DNA of 64,000 bases from Opitutaceae bacterium (GTDB taxonomy: Bacteria > Verrucomicrobiota > Verrucomicrobiia > Opitutales > Coraliomargaritaceae). The DNA lies in contig JBPOFY010000003.1 of the NCBI GenBank assembly GCA_051252375.1, forward strand, positions 384,001-448,000, in the 5' to 3' direction. The first letter of the stretch is position 1, and each line of letters starts with the position of its first letter. Shown piece after piece: positions 41,840-52,932 of this stretch. Position numbers and translations under genes: made by a program. Under the pieces are notes generated by a model. The model searched no databases and was not told the origin of the DNA. It was given only the letters and a program-made list of their open reading frames with translations.

Positions 41840-42247
41840 TTATTTGTCACTCTGATAGCTGGTAAATATGATATTTACGGCACCGACTTCGGAGCATGCC
41901 GCCATGAGATCACGTGTGTGAATATAAGGTGTTAGCTTATCGATACGGAGCAGCAGTTGCATACTTGGGTTTTGAGCAAGGCTGTCGGCTACGAGCGCTT
42001 TCAACTCGTCAATGGTTACTTCTGCGCTGCGATAGTAAATCGTGCCGTCGGGCAGGAGCGACGCGATGTCGCGGTTTTCCTGTGTTTCGGCTACGATTGA
42101 GTTGGTCGCGATCGGTGCTTCGAGTTCGACACGTTTAGCCGTGACGACACTGGCGACTGTCATGAAGAAAACAATCAACAAGAAGACGATATCAATCATC
42201 GGCGTGAGATCGGGCTCGTCGTCAGTCTGTTCTAATTCCCATTTCAT
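41840..42247 (-). CDS. ExbD/TolR family protein (second paralogue)
   Basis: DLTPMIDIVFLLIVFFMT; LRID. Confidence 0.92.
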   Translation of the reverse strand: MKWELEQTDDEPDLTPMIDIVFLLIVFFMTVASVVTAKRVELEAPIATNSIVAETQENRDIASLLPDGTIYYRSAEVTIDELKALVADSLAQNPSMQLLLRIDKLTPYIHTRDLMAACSEVGAVNIIFTSYQSDK

Positions 42248-42265
42248 AATGACAGGGCTGAATGC

Positions 42266-43036
42266 TTATCGTTGTGCAGCGCTGTTGCCGGCGGAGCGAA
42301 GAGTGCGACCCAATACTTGAGCCACTTCAGATGCGATTTTGCCGTATTTGTTTTTAAAGTAGAAGTATGCGATCAGTGCTGGGATGGCGACGCAAAGACC
42401 ACTGGCGGTGGTGATCAAGGCTTCGGAAATATTGTCAGCCAGTAGTTCTGGTTTGCCCATGCCTTGTTCGGCGATCGTGCGGAAAGCTTTGACCATACCA
42501 CTGACCGTTCCGAGTAGTCCGACCATGGGTGCAACCGATGCGATAACTTGTAGGTAGTTGATGAAGACGAAAGGTTTCGCGAGCTCAACAGATGCGGCTT
42601 CGTCGAAAGCTTTGTCGATGACTTGCTGGTCGAATGTGCCGTTCTCTGTGGTGACGAGTCCGTTGTGTAGAATGTTCAAGAGGGGGCTACTGTGAGCTTC
42701 GCAGACCTCCATGGCTTTGGCGTAATCGTTTACAGCCAGAGCAGGCGCAACTTCTTCTTCGAGGGCTTTTTGATTAATGATATTTCCAGTGCGAATTGTC
42801 ATCGCGTTGTATAGGACCAAACCGACTGTCGCGATGGAGAATGCCAGCAATGGATACATTGCTAGACCACCTGTTTTAAAGGTGCCCATCAGGGTCTTGT
42901 CATCTGAAGAGCTCGACTGCGTTTCTGCTGCAGGGGCAGCAGTGTCTTGTGCTTGCAGGATCACCGAGCTGAACGCAAGGCACGCTGCGACGACAAATAG
43001 GCGGATGAAGAGGGTGGGTTTGTTGTATTGGATCAT
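42266..43036 (-). CDS. MotA/TolQ/ExbB proton channel protein with signal peptide
   Basis: [30 protein letters not shown]. Start MIQYNK (43036). Confidence 0.93.
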   Translation of the reverse strand: MIQYNKPTLFIRLFVVAACLAFSSVILQAQDTAAPAAETQSSSSDDKTLMGTFKTGGLAMYPLLAFSIATVGLVLYNAMTIRTGNIINQKALEEEVAPALAVNDYAKAMEVCEAHSSPLLNILHNGLVTTENGTFDQQVIDKAFDEAASVELAKPFVFINYLQVIASVAPMVGLLGTVSGMVKAFRTIAEQGMGKPELLADNISEALITTASGLCVAIPALIAYFYFKNKYGKIASEVAQVLGRTLRSAGNSAAQR

Positions 43037-44157
43037 TCGATTATCGGTTGAGGTTTGTTTAATTCTTGTTGTGCGAATTCTGCCCACTTCGAGGAGGGGA
43101 AGAATCGCATTGTTTCTTCAAAAACTGATTCGGAGACGTCATTCATCTCAAATACTTCATACGCTTTGCCTGAACGAAACATGAGTTCCGCGGTCCATGG
43201 TTCGACGGGTGTGGCGAAGGCGATGCCTTGGCTGATGGCGCGCATGGCTTCTTTAGATTGTTCACGTTTTGAGTAGTAAATGCCGAGCACCAGCTGTTGG
43301 AGTGGGAAGTGCGCCTTGCCCGGTTTGATTTTGTCTGCGTTGGTGGCAAAATCATGGTCGTCGATCAACTGTTCCTGATAAAGCTGGCAGTAGTAGGACC
43401 AGTATTCGGCTTCTTTGGTCTCAATGGAGAGATTGCCCGAAAGCTGGGTATATAAGCCTTGGGCATCGATATAATTCTCTTTCTCTCTGAGCGCGTGCGC
43501 TAGTTGAAACACCAAGTCAGTATTGGCCAGGTCGATGGTTTTGATCGGCACCTTTTTGATCACTTCGATGGCCTTATCAATATCTTCTTGATCCACCAGC
43601 GCTTTGGCTAAGCGAATGATCTGCTCTTCAAAATCCGGTCCAAGTTTGGCGATATTCAATTGCTCGAATAGGAAAATAGCTTCGTCGAATTGATTCAGTT
43701 GGATGAGGCCGATGACCAGATTGTTGACCACAGAGCGGAACTGGCAGTTTTGATCCGGAATGTCCAAGAAGCGAACCATCGGATAAGCGACTTGTTTGAG
43801 CAGGTCTAAATGCCTGAGCGTGAAAGTCTCTTGTTCCAGCAAGCCAATAGCTTTGTTGTAGTCACTGTTTTCCGGATGGTTGAACCACGATTCACCTAGA
43901 GAATTAATGGGGAGTGCTGCTTCACCGGTTTGCCCAACCACGGTGAAAGCGAGAAAGCCGTCACGTATCTCGACCAAGTTGATGTTACTGGAAGAGCCTT
44001 GGTTATTCCATGTGACACGCATGGGTTGTGCGATCAACTGCTCTGCGCTTTTACGCCAGCTTTCACTCGATTGAGCGGATGCCACGCTAACCGCGAATGC
44101 CGCGCTTAAGACGAAGCCGGCGATATGGATGATGGACTGTAGCTTAAAGTTTCGCAT
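43033..44157 (-). CDS. Secreted TPR-like alpha-helical protein
   Basis: Signal peptide, helical repeats, C-terminal RFFPSSKWA; paralogue of 62492-63616. Start MRNFKL (44157). Confidence 0.75.
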   Translation of the reverse strand: MRNFKLQSIIHIAGFVLSAAFAVSVASAQSSESWRKSAEQLIAQPMRVTWNNQGSSSNINLVEIRDGFLAFTVVGQTGEAALPINSLGESWFNHPENSDYNKAIGLLEQETFTLRHLDLLKQVAYPMVRFLDIPDQNCQFRSVVNNLVIGLIQLNQFDEAIFLFEQLNIAKLGPDFEEQIIRLAKALVDQEDIDKAIEVIKKVPIKTIDLANTDLVFQLAHALREKENYIDAQGLYTQLSGNLSIETKEAEYWSYYCQLYQEQLIDDHDFATNADKIKPGKAHFPLQQLVLGIYYSKREQSKEAMRAISQGIAFATPVEPWTAELMFRSGKAYEVFEMNDVSESVFEETMRFFPSSKWAEFAQQELNKPQPIIE

Positions 44158-47100
44158 GGCGTTTGAGGACATCGTTGTAATCGTCAAGTTGCTGAGCATT
44201 TGGGAGTTCTAGGTAAGCGGCGTAGACTGCTTTGGCTGACTCTGCTTCATTCATATTTTCTAATAAGATACCATCTCTGTAGTATGCCTTGCCCGCCCAT
44301 TCCGGGAATTGGCGATAGGAGAGGTAGGTGCGCTCATAAAAGCCGTGTGCCTTCAGCGTCTCGCCTGTGGCTTCATAGCAGCGACCGATTTTGTAGCAGG
44401 CTTCTGCCCATGCGGTGCCTCTCCAATCTCTGATTTGTAGAATTTCCAGATAGCGCGCGAGTGCGTCCTCCGTTCGTTTGCTCTCCAGTAAAATGCCAGC
44501 AGAGCGCAGAGCGATTTCAGGTGCTTTGGGCCATGTCGGGTAGCGGTCACTGATTGTGTCTAGGACTGAAACGGCGTCGGAAAAATCACCGGCGTTATAG
44601 GCGATTTTAGCTTTGGTTTCGAGCGCGTCAGGCACCGCTAGTGATTCAGGGTGGTCAAAGAGCACACGGTCGATGGCCAGTTGTGAAAGCGTGGGGTCCG
44701 ATTCAAGCATTTCGGAGCCGATCCACGCGAGCGTTGCGGGGCTGGCATCGGGGAGGTCTTGAATGCTGACTTTGCTGTCTCCTGGGGGAGTCATGCCTAG
44801 TCGGTTGAAAGCAGCCAAGAGTCGTAACTCGAGTGTGCGTTGACCTTCCGTTTTGGCGGTGTTGAAAAGTGCACGAAGTTGTGATTCCGGGGTTTCCGAA
44901 GGCATCTTGCCTAGCAACTCTTTGAAGTGTGCTAGCTGTGTTTCCAGAGTTGCTTTCGCTTCAGGTAGAATGCTGGTGTCGTATTGCTGAACCGCGCCTG
45001 CAAGGACTTCTTCTTCAGTCAAAGGAACGGCGCGTGTGCCGAGTCCTTCACGCAATTCCGGATTGCGTAGCAAGCTGTCGATGATGTCGGAATCAATCTC
45101 TTTATGCTTCATCCTGTGGAGGTGGAGCGTTTTACGGTCATCGATCATGCTCAAACGGAAGGCCTCGTCATTGAGCAAACTTTCGATGAAGCCGAGAGTG
45201 CTCTCATAGTAAGTGATGAATTTGTTATACTTGCCGGCGAAGTCTTTGAAAATTTCGTCCACGCCTTCCGCTTTTGGGTTGTTGCCGAACCGAACGATGG
45301 CGTCGTAGTAGGACTGGATCATGACTTCAGGTTGGCCTGTGCTTTCGTAGGCTTGTCCAATCTGTAGAATCGCACGCGAAAGATTCCCTTCCTCTTGATA
45401 CTTCTCCATATACTGATCGAGCAGCGCAATCATGTCGTCATAGCGACTGTTGGCATCGAGCAGGCGAACACTTTCAAAATATGCGTGGTCGACGAGGTTC
45501 ATTTTTTGGGTGAACGTTTCAGTCAGCGCATAGTGGGCGAGGGCGGTTTCAACTTTTGCGTAGTAGGCATCGATGTCGCCTAGAAAGACTTCGGCTTCGC
45601 CGCGTAGATGGTTTGCCGGGTAGTCGGCGACCCATTCGTTGAAGCGCATCTCTGCTGCGTCGTAGTCACCTAAACCGAAGTCGCAGACTGCGCGACGGAA
45701 ACGCGCTTCGACGTAGAAGTTACCTTCTTTGTGTTTCGCAATGATGATATCGAAGTGATTGATCGCATCTTCAAATTTTTGCTCGATCACATCGCCGAGA
45801 CCGACCCAGTAGTGCGCCGATTGCGACATGGGCGCATCGGGGTAAGCTTCGAGATAGCCGCCGAGCACTTCTCTAGCCTGATCGATGTCGCCAAGACGCA
45901 TCCAAGCAAAGCCCATGAAGTGCACCACATTATTACCGTATAAGTGGGTGGGGTATTCTTGAACGAAAATACGTCCCAGTGCGTGAACACGATCATAGCG
46001 CTCCAGTTGGAAGTAAGCCGCGACTAGTTTAACCAGTGTTTCCCGACGATAGAGTTTGTAGTGGCTTTTCGCGATGTAGCGTTCACCTAAATCCAAAGCA
46101 TCTTCGAGATAGTCGATTTCGATCGCTTGGTTGAATGCGGTGTAGTGAAAGAGTTCTGCGCTGTTATGCTCCGGATGCTCGTTGATCAAGCGCAGGTAAG
46201 CGAAATAGGCGTCATAGATCCGGTCCATGCGCTTCAGGTTGCGAGCGCGATAGTATTTGAGTGGACCAGTGTAAGACGTCTGTTTCTTGAGCTCAGCGAT
46301 ATATGATTTTAGGTCGCTGATTTCCTCTGTTAGTTCATCGGGCACAGGGATTTGTTTACTTCGAAACCATTTGCTACGGATGTTCTTACGTTCAAGTAGC
46401 TGCTCGTTGTGCTCAATGATTGTCTCGATGGTGAGACAGAGGAAATACATGTAATTGGCAGAGCTGAATTCTCCCTTTTCTGAAAATTGGTTACCCAACT
46501 TGAACAGAGATAAGTTTAGGTTGGGGTCGTAGCGATTCTCTTTGGCATCCTGCAGATGTGCGATCAATGGCAGAACTTTTTCGGCCTCTTCAGTAACTGC
46601 GTAAGACTGTATTAGATAAATCGCAGCGACGTTTTTGAGGCGATAGCTGGAGAACATGTCATCGTATGCCTCGATGAAGCGCGGGCGACCTTCCTTCCAG
46701 AGCTTCTCAGAGGCGTAGCTGTAGCAAATATCTTCGAGCCATTTAGCTTTATATGATTTCGGGTAAATACCTTTGGCGATGCCGTTGAGTCCCAACTCGA
46801 GAGACTTCCGCATATCCTCCCACTCCTTTTGTAATTGATAGCAGTTGATCTCAAACTGAAGTGTTGCCGGTGCATTGATATCTGAGGGGAAACGCTTGCG
46901 CAGCTTTTTGCCGTAATCGATGGCTTGATTTGCTCCGCCTTTGCCTGGATTCGCGACGAAACGGTTGTAGTGATGGCGCGCCACTTCGTAGTAGCAGCGT
47001 GCGAGCAGACCATTCAATTCCTCGCCGCCTTCTTTGTCGCTTTCAATCCGATCGATGACCTCAAGCATATGGGGCATGGATTTTTGCAATGGATTGGACT

Positions 47101-47242
47101 GGATGAACGACAACAACGCGACATTCGTCATGTCCTTGGGTGCATTACTGTTGCCCATTTGAGCCCATGCACTAGTCGCAAACGTAAGCGCAAGCAGGAT
47201 CGTGATAATGAGTCTGGATACTTTAGAGGGGTATGTTCTCAA
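44144..47242 (-). CDS. Giant secreted TPR protein (BamD/CpoB-like repeats)
   Basis: Signal peptide and repeats such as [45 protein letters not shown] start. Confidence 0.85.
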   Translation of the reverse strand: MRTYPSKVSRLIITILLALTFATSAWAQMGNSNAPKDMTNVALLSFIQSNPLQKSMPHMLEVIDRIESDKEGGEELNGLLARCYYEVARHHYNRFVANPGKGGANQAIDYGKKLRKRFPSDINAPATLQFEINCYQLQKEWEDMRKSLELGLNGIAKGIYPKSYKAKWLEDICYSYASEKLWKEGRPRFIEAYDDMFSSYRLKNVAAIYLIQSYAVTEEAEKVLPLIAHLQDAKENRYDPNLNLSLFKLGNQFSEKGEFSSANYMYFLCLTIETIIEHNEQLLERKNIRSKWFRSKQIPVPDELTEEISDLKSYIAELKKQTSYTGPLKYYRARNLKRMDRIYDAYFAYLRLINEHPEHNSAELFHYTAFNQAIEIDYLEDALDLGERYIAKSHYKLYRRETLVKLVAAYFQLERYDRVHALGRIFVQEYPTHLYGNNVVHFMGFAWMRLGDIDQAREVLGGYLEAYPDAPMSQSAHYWVGLGDVIEQKFEDAINHFDIIIAKHKEGNFYVEARFRRAVCDFGLGDYDAAEMRFNEWVADYPANHLRGEAEVFLGDIDAYYAKVETALAHYALTETFTQKMNLVDHAYFESVRLLDANSRYDDMIALLDQYMEKYQEEGNLSRAILQIGQAYESTGQPEVMIQSYYDAIVRFGNNPKAEGVDEIFKDFAGKYNKFITYYESTLGFIESLLNDEAFRLSMIDDRKTLHLHRMKHKEIDSDIIDSLLRNPELREGLGTRAVPLTEEEVLAGAVQQYDTSILPEAKATLETQLAHFKELLGKMPSETPESQLRALFNTAKTEGQRTLELRLLAAFNRLGMTPPGDSKVSIQDLPDASPATLAWIGSEMLESDPTLSQLAIDRVLFDHPESLAVPDALETKAKIAYNAGDFSDAVSVLDTISDRYPTWPKAPEIALRSAGILLESKRTEDALARYLEILQIRDWRGTAWAEACYKIGRCYEATGETLKAHGFYERTYLSYRQFPEWAGKAYYRDGILLENMNEAESAKAVYAAYLELPNAQQLDDYNDVLKRHAKL

Positions 47243-47445
47243 CGTCAGATGGGTTCTTTGAAATGGTGGTGTCTTTTGGTGCCAAATTATTTGGCTTCAG
47301 GCGGACATTCTAATGTGAGCAGAGTATTTATACAGCTGCTCTATGAATTGAGGTAAAAACAAAAAATGAAGCGTCATCTATACAGTTTCAAATGAATTTC
47401 TCCAATAGTAGGCTTAAAAACGGTAATAACCACTTATTGAGCGAC

Positions 47446-49524
47446 TCAATTGAGGGGTTTAGTAACAACCTTCACGAAGTTCGGGACTTTTGAGAGTTGA
47501 TTCTCGTTAAATTGTCCCGGTGCAACGATTAGTTCTCGTAGTGAGGGCATTTGGTGGAGTCGAGCCAGCCATTTAATCTCGGTATTTCTAATATCCAAGT
47601 AATGCAGGTCTAGACCATCCAGTTGCTTTAAAGCGCGGACTTGAGTGTTGCTGATATCTAGGGAGCGCAGGTCTAAGAAGCGCAGCATACTGTGACTTCG
47701 GTATGGAGAGCCTTCTTCAGGAACTTTAGGTCGGGTTAGAATGGCTAAGTTTGTGCCACCCAGTTTGAGGTGTCCCGTTGCTTCCGAGTAATCGAAGATC
47801 TGATTTTCCCAGTGGCTGTTGTAGTCATTGGAGCATTCGAGGACGGCGTGAATGATTTTTGCTTTTTCCTTCAAAGACGTTCTACGCAGGCAATCGTAGA
47901 TAACCATCTTCTCGGTGAGTGGTGCTCGGTCTTTGGGACCGTTGTGGAGTGCCTTGATCAAGCGGATGAAATCATCCACCGGGAGTTGGTAATTTTCATC
48001 TGTAAGTGGTGCATACTCAGCGATGAGTGCTTTGAGATCTCCTTGGGTGCCTTCTCGGATGGAATAATATCTTAATGATTCACCGAATTGCTGCGTGATA
48101 AATAGCGCGTAGGCTTTCAGTGTCCAAAGTCGATCTTTGGCGGGCGGATTATTTGCCAGCGCAAAGTCAATTTGTTCGAGTGCATTGTCGATGGTCGACA
48201 TGGTGATGCTTTCATCCATGATGAGAAAATCAAGAAGCAGTAGGCTACCGCTTACGGTATTCTGACTTTGGCTTTTCAGCAGTGCGGAGCTGATCTCTTT
48301 CTCCTGCGTATATTTTTTGAGCAACAGCTCTGCACGGTCACGGGCTGCCTCCGCGATACTCTGTTGGACTGTAGCATGTGTTTTTGCGTCTTCAGCTTCA
48401 ATGAGTGCAAGTGTCGTGTTGTCCAGTGCTTCTGCGGTGGTTCGGAAGCTGTGGCTGAGTTCCGCGTTGAACCAACTGCCCGCGCCGATGAGTAGGGCAG
48501 TGAAGCCAAGCGTGATCAAGCAGGGTTGCCGATTGCGACGGTAGAAGAGTCGGCATTCGCGTATAAAGCCCGCCTGTTCTACATCCGGGCTGAAACCTAA
48601 TACATGTCGCAAGACATCCTTACGCATCGCCTCGACATTTTTATAGCGATGCTTGGGGTTTTCAGCACAGGCCTTCATTACGATAGCTGCGATAGCCGGA
48701 GAGTCAGGTGGGGAGTCTTCGCGACATTCGGTATCTCGGAGTGTGGTGAGCTCGTAGAGCAAGCAACCGAGGGCAAAAATATCAGCTTGTGCAGATTTGA
48801 CTGCTCGTGGGTTTAATTGCTCCGGTGACATATAGCCTGGAGTGCCGTGCGCAGGCGGAGGGAGTTGGTCGCCGTAAAGATCGGGATCAAGCAAGGCTGC
48901 CGTCATGTGCTCCTCGCTATTGCCGCGCTCGATTTCGCCCAGACCCCAATCACAAATTTGCACTTCTCCAAAGGTGCCCACCTGTATGTTCTCAGGTTTT
49001 AAATCGAGGTGTAGGACATGTTTAGAGTGTGCATAGCCCATGGCTTCACAAACCCGAAGGAAAATGGAAAAGCGCAGCTCACTTGGGTATTCATCGAGGT
49101 TTTTATTGGCCTTTAAATCTTTCAGTATGGCTCGTAAGGAGCGCCCGCGTTTGAACTCCATCGTGAAGAATGGGCGCTCTTGCTGATCGATACCCATGTC
49201 GAATAGCTTAATGATATTCGGGTGCTCTAAGCGCGCAGTGATGTGTGCCTCGCGCAGGAAACCATCATAGCGCTCGATCGGGATGTCGGCCTTAGGGCGG
49301 GCGAGTGCCACGTATCTTTCAGTGGGGGCGTCATATACTTTGAAGACTTCTTTCATCCCACCCGCCGAGATGAGTGCCTCATCGCCATAACGAATATCGA
49401 TTCGCTTCAGCGTGTGATACAGCGGGCAGACCTCTTCAGTTGGATTTTTTGAGGTGTTGTTGTCGCTTGCCTCGGCTTCTTCGTATAAACGTGTGTAGGC
49501 GCTTGATAGCGAGGGGTCTTCCAT
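47446..49524 (-). CDS. Hanks-type Ser/Thr kinase with TM helix and C-terminal LRRs
   Basis: LEHPNI, HLDLKPEN, DWG, GTPGYMSPEQ, DIFALG; TM CLITLGFTALLIGAG; LRSLDISNT/LHYLDIRNT. Start taken at 49524, directly after the sigma stop. Confidence 0.9.
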   Translation of the reverse strand: MEDPSLSSAYTRLYEEAEASDNNTSKNPTEEVCPLYHTLKRIDIRYGDEALISAGGMKEVFKVYDAPTERYVALARPKADIPIERYDGFLREAHITARLEHPNIIKLFDMGIDQQERPFFTMEFKRGRSLRAILKDLKANKNLDEYPSELRFSIFLRVCEAMGYAHSKHVLHLDLKPENIQVGTFGEVQICDWGLGEIERGNSEEHMTAALLDPDLYGDQLPPPAHGTPGYMSPEQLNPRAVKSAQADIFALGCLLYELTTLRDTECREDSPPDSPAIAAIVMKACAENPKHRYKNVEAMRKDVLRHVLGFSPDVEQAGFIRECRLFYRRNRQPCLITLGFTALLIGAGSWFNAELSHSFRTTAEALDNTTLALIEAEDAKTHATVQQSIAEAARDRAELLLKKYTQEKEISSALLKSQSQNTVSGSLLLLDFLIMDESITMSTIDNALEQIDFALANNPPAKDRLWTLKAYALFITQQFGESLRYYSIREGTQGDLKALIAEYAPLTDENYQLPVDDFIRLIKALHNGPKDRAPLTEKMVIYDCLRRTSLKEKAKIIHAVLECSNDYNSHWENQIFDYSEATGHLKLGGTNLAILTRPKVPEEGSPYRSHSMLRFLDLRSLDISNTQVRALKQLDGLDLHYLDIRNTEIKWLARLHQMPSLRELIVAPGQFNENQLSKVPNFVKVVTKPLN

Positions 49525-49525
49525 C

Positions 49526-50173
49526 TTATTTGGGCTCTCCGTTGAAGGTTTCAAGGTCGGCTTTTAATTGCTGTATCTCGTTCAATAGAGTGGTTTTTAC
49601 GCGATGCTTTAAGATGTAAACTGTGTTCGTCTTGATGTTCAGCGTTTCTGCGATTTCTTCGGCTTCTTTACCTGCCATTGACATCGTGAATACTTCGATG
49701 GCGTTGCCCGAAAATTTAGTGCGCGCCTTTGCCATCGCCAATTCCACTACGTATTCCTGCCATTCTTTTTCCACCCTGGATTCAATGACAGGATCATTCG
49801 ACAGGATCGGGACTTGGCCATAATCCTCTGCGTTGAGACTTTGCCCCGTGGGTTCTCTCGATTTAGAGCGGATTATATTGATCGCGGTATTGCGGATTAA
49901 GCGAGCGAACCAGGTGCGAAACTTGGCGCGTTCTGCGTCTCGCTTATAACTGTGAAGCCCCTTCCAGAGTCGTATGAAAACCATTTGCTTGGCGTCATCC
50001 AGTTCTGCACCACGAAAGCCCATGCCGGACAATACTTTGGCAACAAAAGGGGCATAGATGCTTAACAATTCATCCCATGCGAGGTCGTCTTTGCCGTCAC
50101 GAGCACGCGAAAGTAGCGTCACACGTGTTGCATAGTCGCCCTTGGATTGGCGTGAATTGGGAGTCTGGGGCAT
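49526..50173 (-). CDS. ECF RNA polymerase sigma factor
   Basis: TRVTLLSR, AWDEL, KFRTWFARLIRN (region 2), EIAETLNIKTNTVY (region 4). Confidence 0.92.
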   Translation of the reverse strand: MPQTPNSRQSKGDYATRVTLLSRARDGKDDLAWDELLSIYAPFVAKVLSGMGFRGAELDDAKQMVFIRLWKGLHSYKRDAERAKFRTWFARLIRNTAINIIRSKSREPTGQSLNAEDYGQVPILSNDPVIESRVEKEWQEYVVELAMAKARTKFSGNAIEVFTMSMAGKEAEEIAETLNIKTNTVYILKHRVKTTLLNEIQQLKADLETFNGEPK

Positions 50174-50429
50174 GTATGTAGGGGACAGCTCTAAGGCAGA
50201 GGTGTGCTAAAATCTAGCGACTGATCGGTGTTATGCGAATTTTTTCCACTGAAATATTATAGAGGAATAAATTTGGTTTTTCGTGCGCTAGATTGTTTAG
50301 ATGCATCGTCCGTGGAGGTTTATAACTAGTGGGTTCATCACAGCTTCGCTGTCATCTTGACTCATGGAATGGAACCGACACGTTCAAACTTTTACTCAAT
50401 CTGATATCCCCACTTTATCCCGTAAATTT

Positions 50430-51860
50430 ATGAAGCCACTTTTAAGATCTCTTTTCGTTTGCCTCGCTCTTTTACCAGTTGGCGCGTGTATCAGTTCTGC
50501 AGAGACGTCAAGTAAGCCGAACATTATATACATCCTAGCCGATGACCTCGGTTATGGAGACATGAGCTTCCTCGGACAGGAGAAGTTCGAGACGCCGAAC
50601 ATCGATAAGCTCGCCGCCAAGGGCCTCTTCTTTACGCAGCACTATTCCGGCAGCACGGTCTGTGCGCCATCGCGCTCAGCCTTACTCACAGGTCATCACA
50701 CAGGGCACACATTTGTGCGTGGCAACCAAGAGGTGAAGCCAGAAGGGCAGACGCCAATTCCGGATGAAGTGGTCTTGCTGCCTGAGATGCTCAAAGAGGC
50801 GGGTTACGTCAGTGGTATCTTTGGCAAGTGGGGACTGGGCTTCCCCGGCTCGGAAGGTGAGCCTTTGAAGCAAGGCTTCGATGTTTTCTATGGCTATAAT
50901 TGTCAGCGCCTCGGGCACCATTACTATCCTTATCATCTATGGGATAATGAGACTAAAGTCATCCTCGAAGAAAATGCCGGTAAGAAGAAAGGGGTGTATG
51001 CGCCGACCCTGATACACGACCGCACATTACAATTCATCGAGGACAATAAAGACCGTCCATTCTTTTGCTATGTGGCCTCGATCATACCACACGCCGAGCT
51101 AGCGGCGCCCGAAGAATATATGGAGCAATTTCGCGGCAAGTTGCCTGAAGTTAAAAAGTATAAAGGTTACGACTCCGGACCAGAGCTGCGCCAAGGTCCT
51201 TATCAATCACAAAGCGAGCCACGCACGGCTTTTGCCGCGATGATCGCGTTGCTCGATGATCAAGTTGGTGAGATCGTGGCCAAGACCGAAGAGCTGGGTA
51301 TTGCGGACAATACACTCATCATATTCACCTCCGATAACGGAGCCCACCAAGAAGGGGGCGCGGACCCTAAATTCTTTAATAGCAATGGTCAGTATCGCGG
51401 GCATAAGCGCGACCTCTATGAGGGTGGTGTGCACGTGCCGATGATCGCCTACTGGCCCGGCAAAGTGAAAGCCGGTGCCACCACAGATTTGATTTCTGCG
51501 TTTTGGGACATGGTGCCGACCTTTTCAGAATTAGCCGGTGTCGCTGCGCCAGAAAATGCCGATGGTATTTCGATCCTACCGACCTTGCTAGGCGTAGGTG
51601 AACAAGCACAGCACCCATATCTGTATTGGGAGTTTCACGAGCGCGGCGGACGCATCGCCGTCCGCATGGGCAAGTGGAAGGGCGTGCGTTACAACGTCTT
51701 TAAGCAGCCCAACCGTCCAATGGAACTCTACGACCTCTCGAAAGACCCCGGCGAGCAAAAGAACCTCTCCCGCATGCATCCAGAAGTCGTGCAGCAAATC
51801 GCGACAATCATGGAGCAAGCACGCACACCTTCAGAGGTATACAAGTTCGGCAACGAGTAG
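50430..51860 (+). CDS. Secreted Cys-type arylsulfatase
   Basis: DDLGYGD, CAPSR, GKWGLG, SDNG, YEGGVHVP, LYWEFHE. Start ATG 50430. Confidence 0.93.
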   Translation: MKPLLRSLFVCLALLPVGACISSAETSSKPNIIYILADDLGYGDMSFLGQEKFETPNIDKLAAKGLFFTQHYSGSTVCAPSRSALLTGHHTGHTFVRGNQEVKPEGQTPIPDEVVLLPEMLKEAGYVSGIFGKWGLGFPGSEGEPLKQGFDVFYGYNCQRLGHHYYPYHLWDNETKVILEENAGKKKGVYAPTLIHDRTLQFIEDNKDRPFFCYVASIIPHAELAAPEEYMEQFRGKLPEVKKYKGYDSGPELRQGPYQSQSEPRTAFAAMIALLDDQVGEIVAKTEELGIADNTLIIFTSDNGAHQEGGADPKFFNSNGQYRGHKRDLYEGGVHVPMIAYWPGKVKAGATTDLISAFWDMVPTFSELAGVAAPENADGISILPTLLGVGEQAQHPYLYWEFHERGGRIAVRMGKWKGVRYNVFKQPNRPMELYDLSKDPGEQKNLSRMHPEVVQQIATIMEQARTPSEVYKFGNE

Positions 51861-51948
51861 TTGGAGGGTTGTGCCTCTGCCTGAGCCCCGTCGATACAGC
51901 TTGCCTGTCCCGATCTGGCCGAGCTGGTCGGAATAGCTGTTAAGTTGT

Positions 51949-51972
51949 GTAGCCACGTCACTCTGTGACGTG
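51949..51972 (+). repeat. GTAG REP hairpin without insert (empty allele)
   Basis: GTAGCC-ACGTCAC-TCT-GTGACGTG, identical to the 38064 arm minus the 23-nt insert. Confidence 0.75.
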
Positions 51973-52382
51973 ATCGTCAGCAGGGGGGAGGGCACTGATG
52001 GACACGAATTTCTATAGCCATCAAAAGACACTGCAAGCGCCGCTACCCAAGCAAACCCCATCTCTCCAATAAATAATTTTGCCATCCATGATTTTGCCTA
52101 AAACACGAATGAGCCATTCACATGTATGTAACCACGAAGTTCACGGAGGCACAGAGTTTGGCAGTCGTCAGTGAAACCCTCTGAGGAACTTCGCATTTGT
52201 CGAAATCCAGTAAGAACGACTCTCAAAGATATAGACTCTTCCTAAAAGCGTGACAAACTATCGAAGCTTGAGTTTAAAGGCAATGCGCGGCTGCGCAACG
52301 AGTTGAATATGAATCCTAACCCCTTAATTCTCGCGCAAATCGAATCCGTGAAATGCGTTGTTCAAGGACGCAGATAACACTG

Positions 52383-52932
52383 TTCGACAAAAGAAAATGA
52401 AAGGCCTTTACTCACTTCTACTAGCACTCATTTCGGTGACCTCAAGCCAAGGCATTGAATCACCAACGGTGAGTTTGCAAATGGGAGATGGCAGTATCCA
52501 CAGTTCAGATCTTTTAATATTCACTTGTCCGCCTAAAGCCGAATTACTCGGGAAAAAAGTAGAATACAGAGTATACCAGACGGAAGATCTGGAGACATGG
52601 ACTCCAAGTAATGCGTATGCGATCGTAAGACTTAGATTTGATAATGAATATGTAATCACTTTCGTCAAAGATGACCCATCGCAAGGGATATTCACAAATG
52701 GTCAGTATTTTCAAATGGTCGATGGCAGTGCGATCACTTTCTCTATGCGAGAAATCACTGGCACCACTCAAACCTTCCCTTCGGGCCCTGAACTCATAAA
52801 CTATGCGGATAGAAAAGAAGTTAACTTTTTCAAAATCGAGTATGAGGTATTCGAGGATGACGGTCCAATCATAGTCGAACCAATCGGAGTGAGCAACGGC
52901 TAAGCTACGCTTAGCCGTCCTCATACTCACCG
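52383..52932 (+). mobile_element. Putative integron gene cassette, no integrase in the window
   Basis: 5' G|TTCGAC (52382-52388) is complementary to GTCGAAC (52874-52880), which opens an attC-like imperfect palindrome ending in G|TT at 52932. Confidence 0.65.
52397..52903 (+). CDS. Hypothetical secreted protein (cassette-borne)
   Basis: MKGLYSLLLALISVTSSQG signal peptide; AT-richer than flanks; stop codon lies within the attC-like site. Confidence 0.65.
   Translation: MKGLYSLLLALISVTSSQGIESPTVSLQMGDGSIHSSDLLIFTCPPKAELLGKKVEYRVYQTEDLETWTPSNAYAIVRLRFDNEYVITFVKDDPSQGIFTNGQYFQMVDGSAITFSMREITGTTQTFPSGPELINYADRKEVNFFKIEYEVFEDDGPIIVEPIGVSNG

Noticed and set aside
40244..47242. Canonical Tol-Pal, flagellar stator or gliding motor
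   Set aside because: No TolB/Pal, no OmpA-domain MotB, no recognisable Glt outer-membrane genes, and the context is glycan catabolism. A motility role is not strictly excluded.
51990..52335. Possible pseudogene or repeat remnants (ACACGAAT and ACCACGAAG-like units, TCCTAACCCC)
   Set aside because: Too short and degenerate; no coherent reading frame could be supported.
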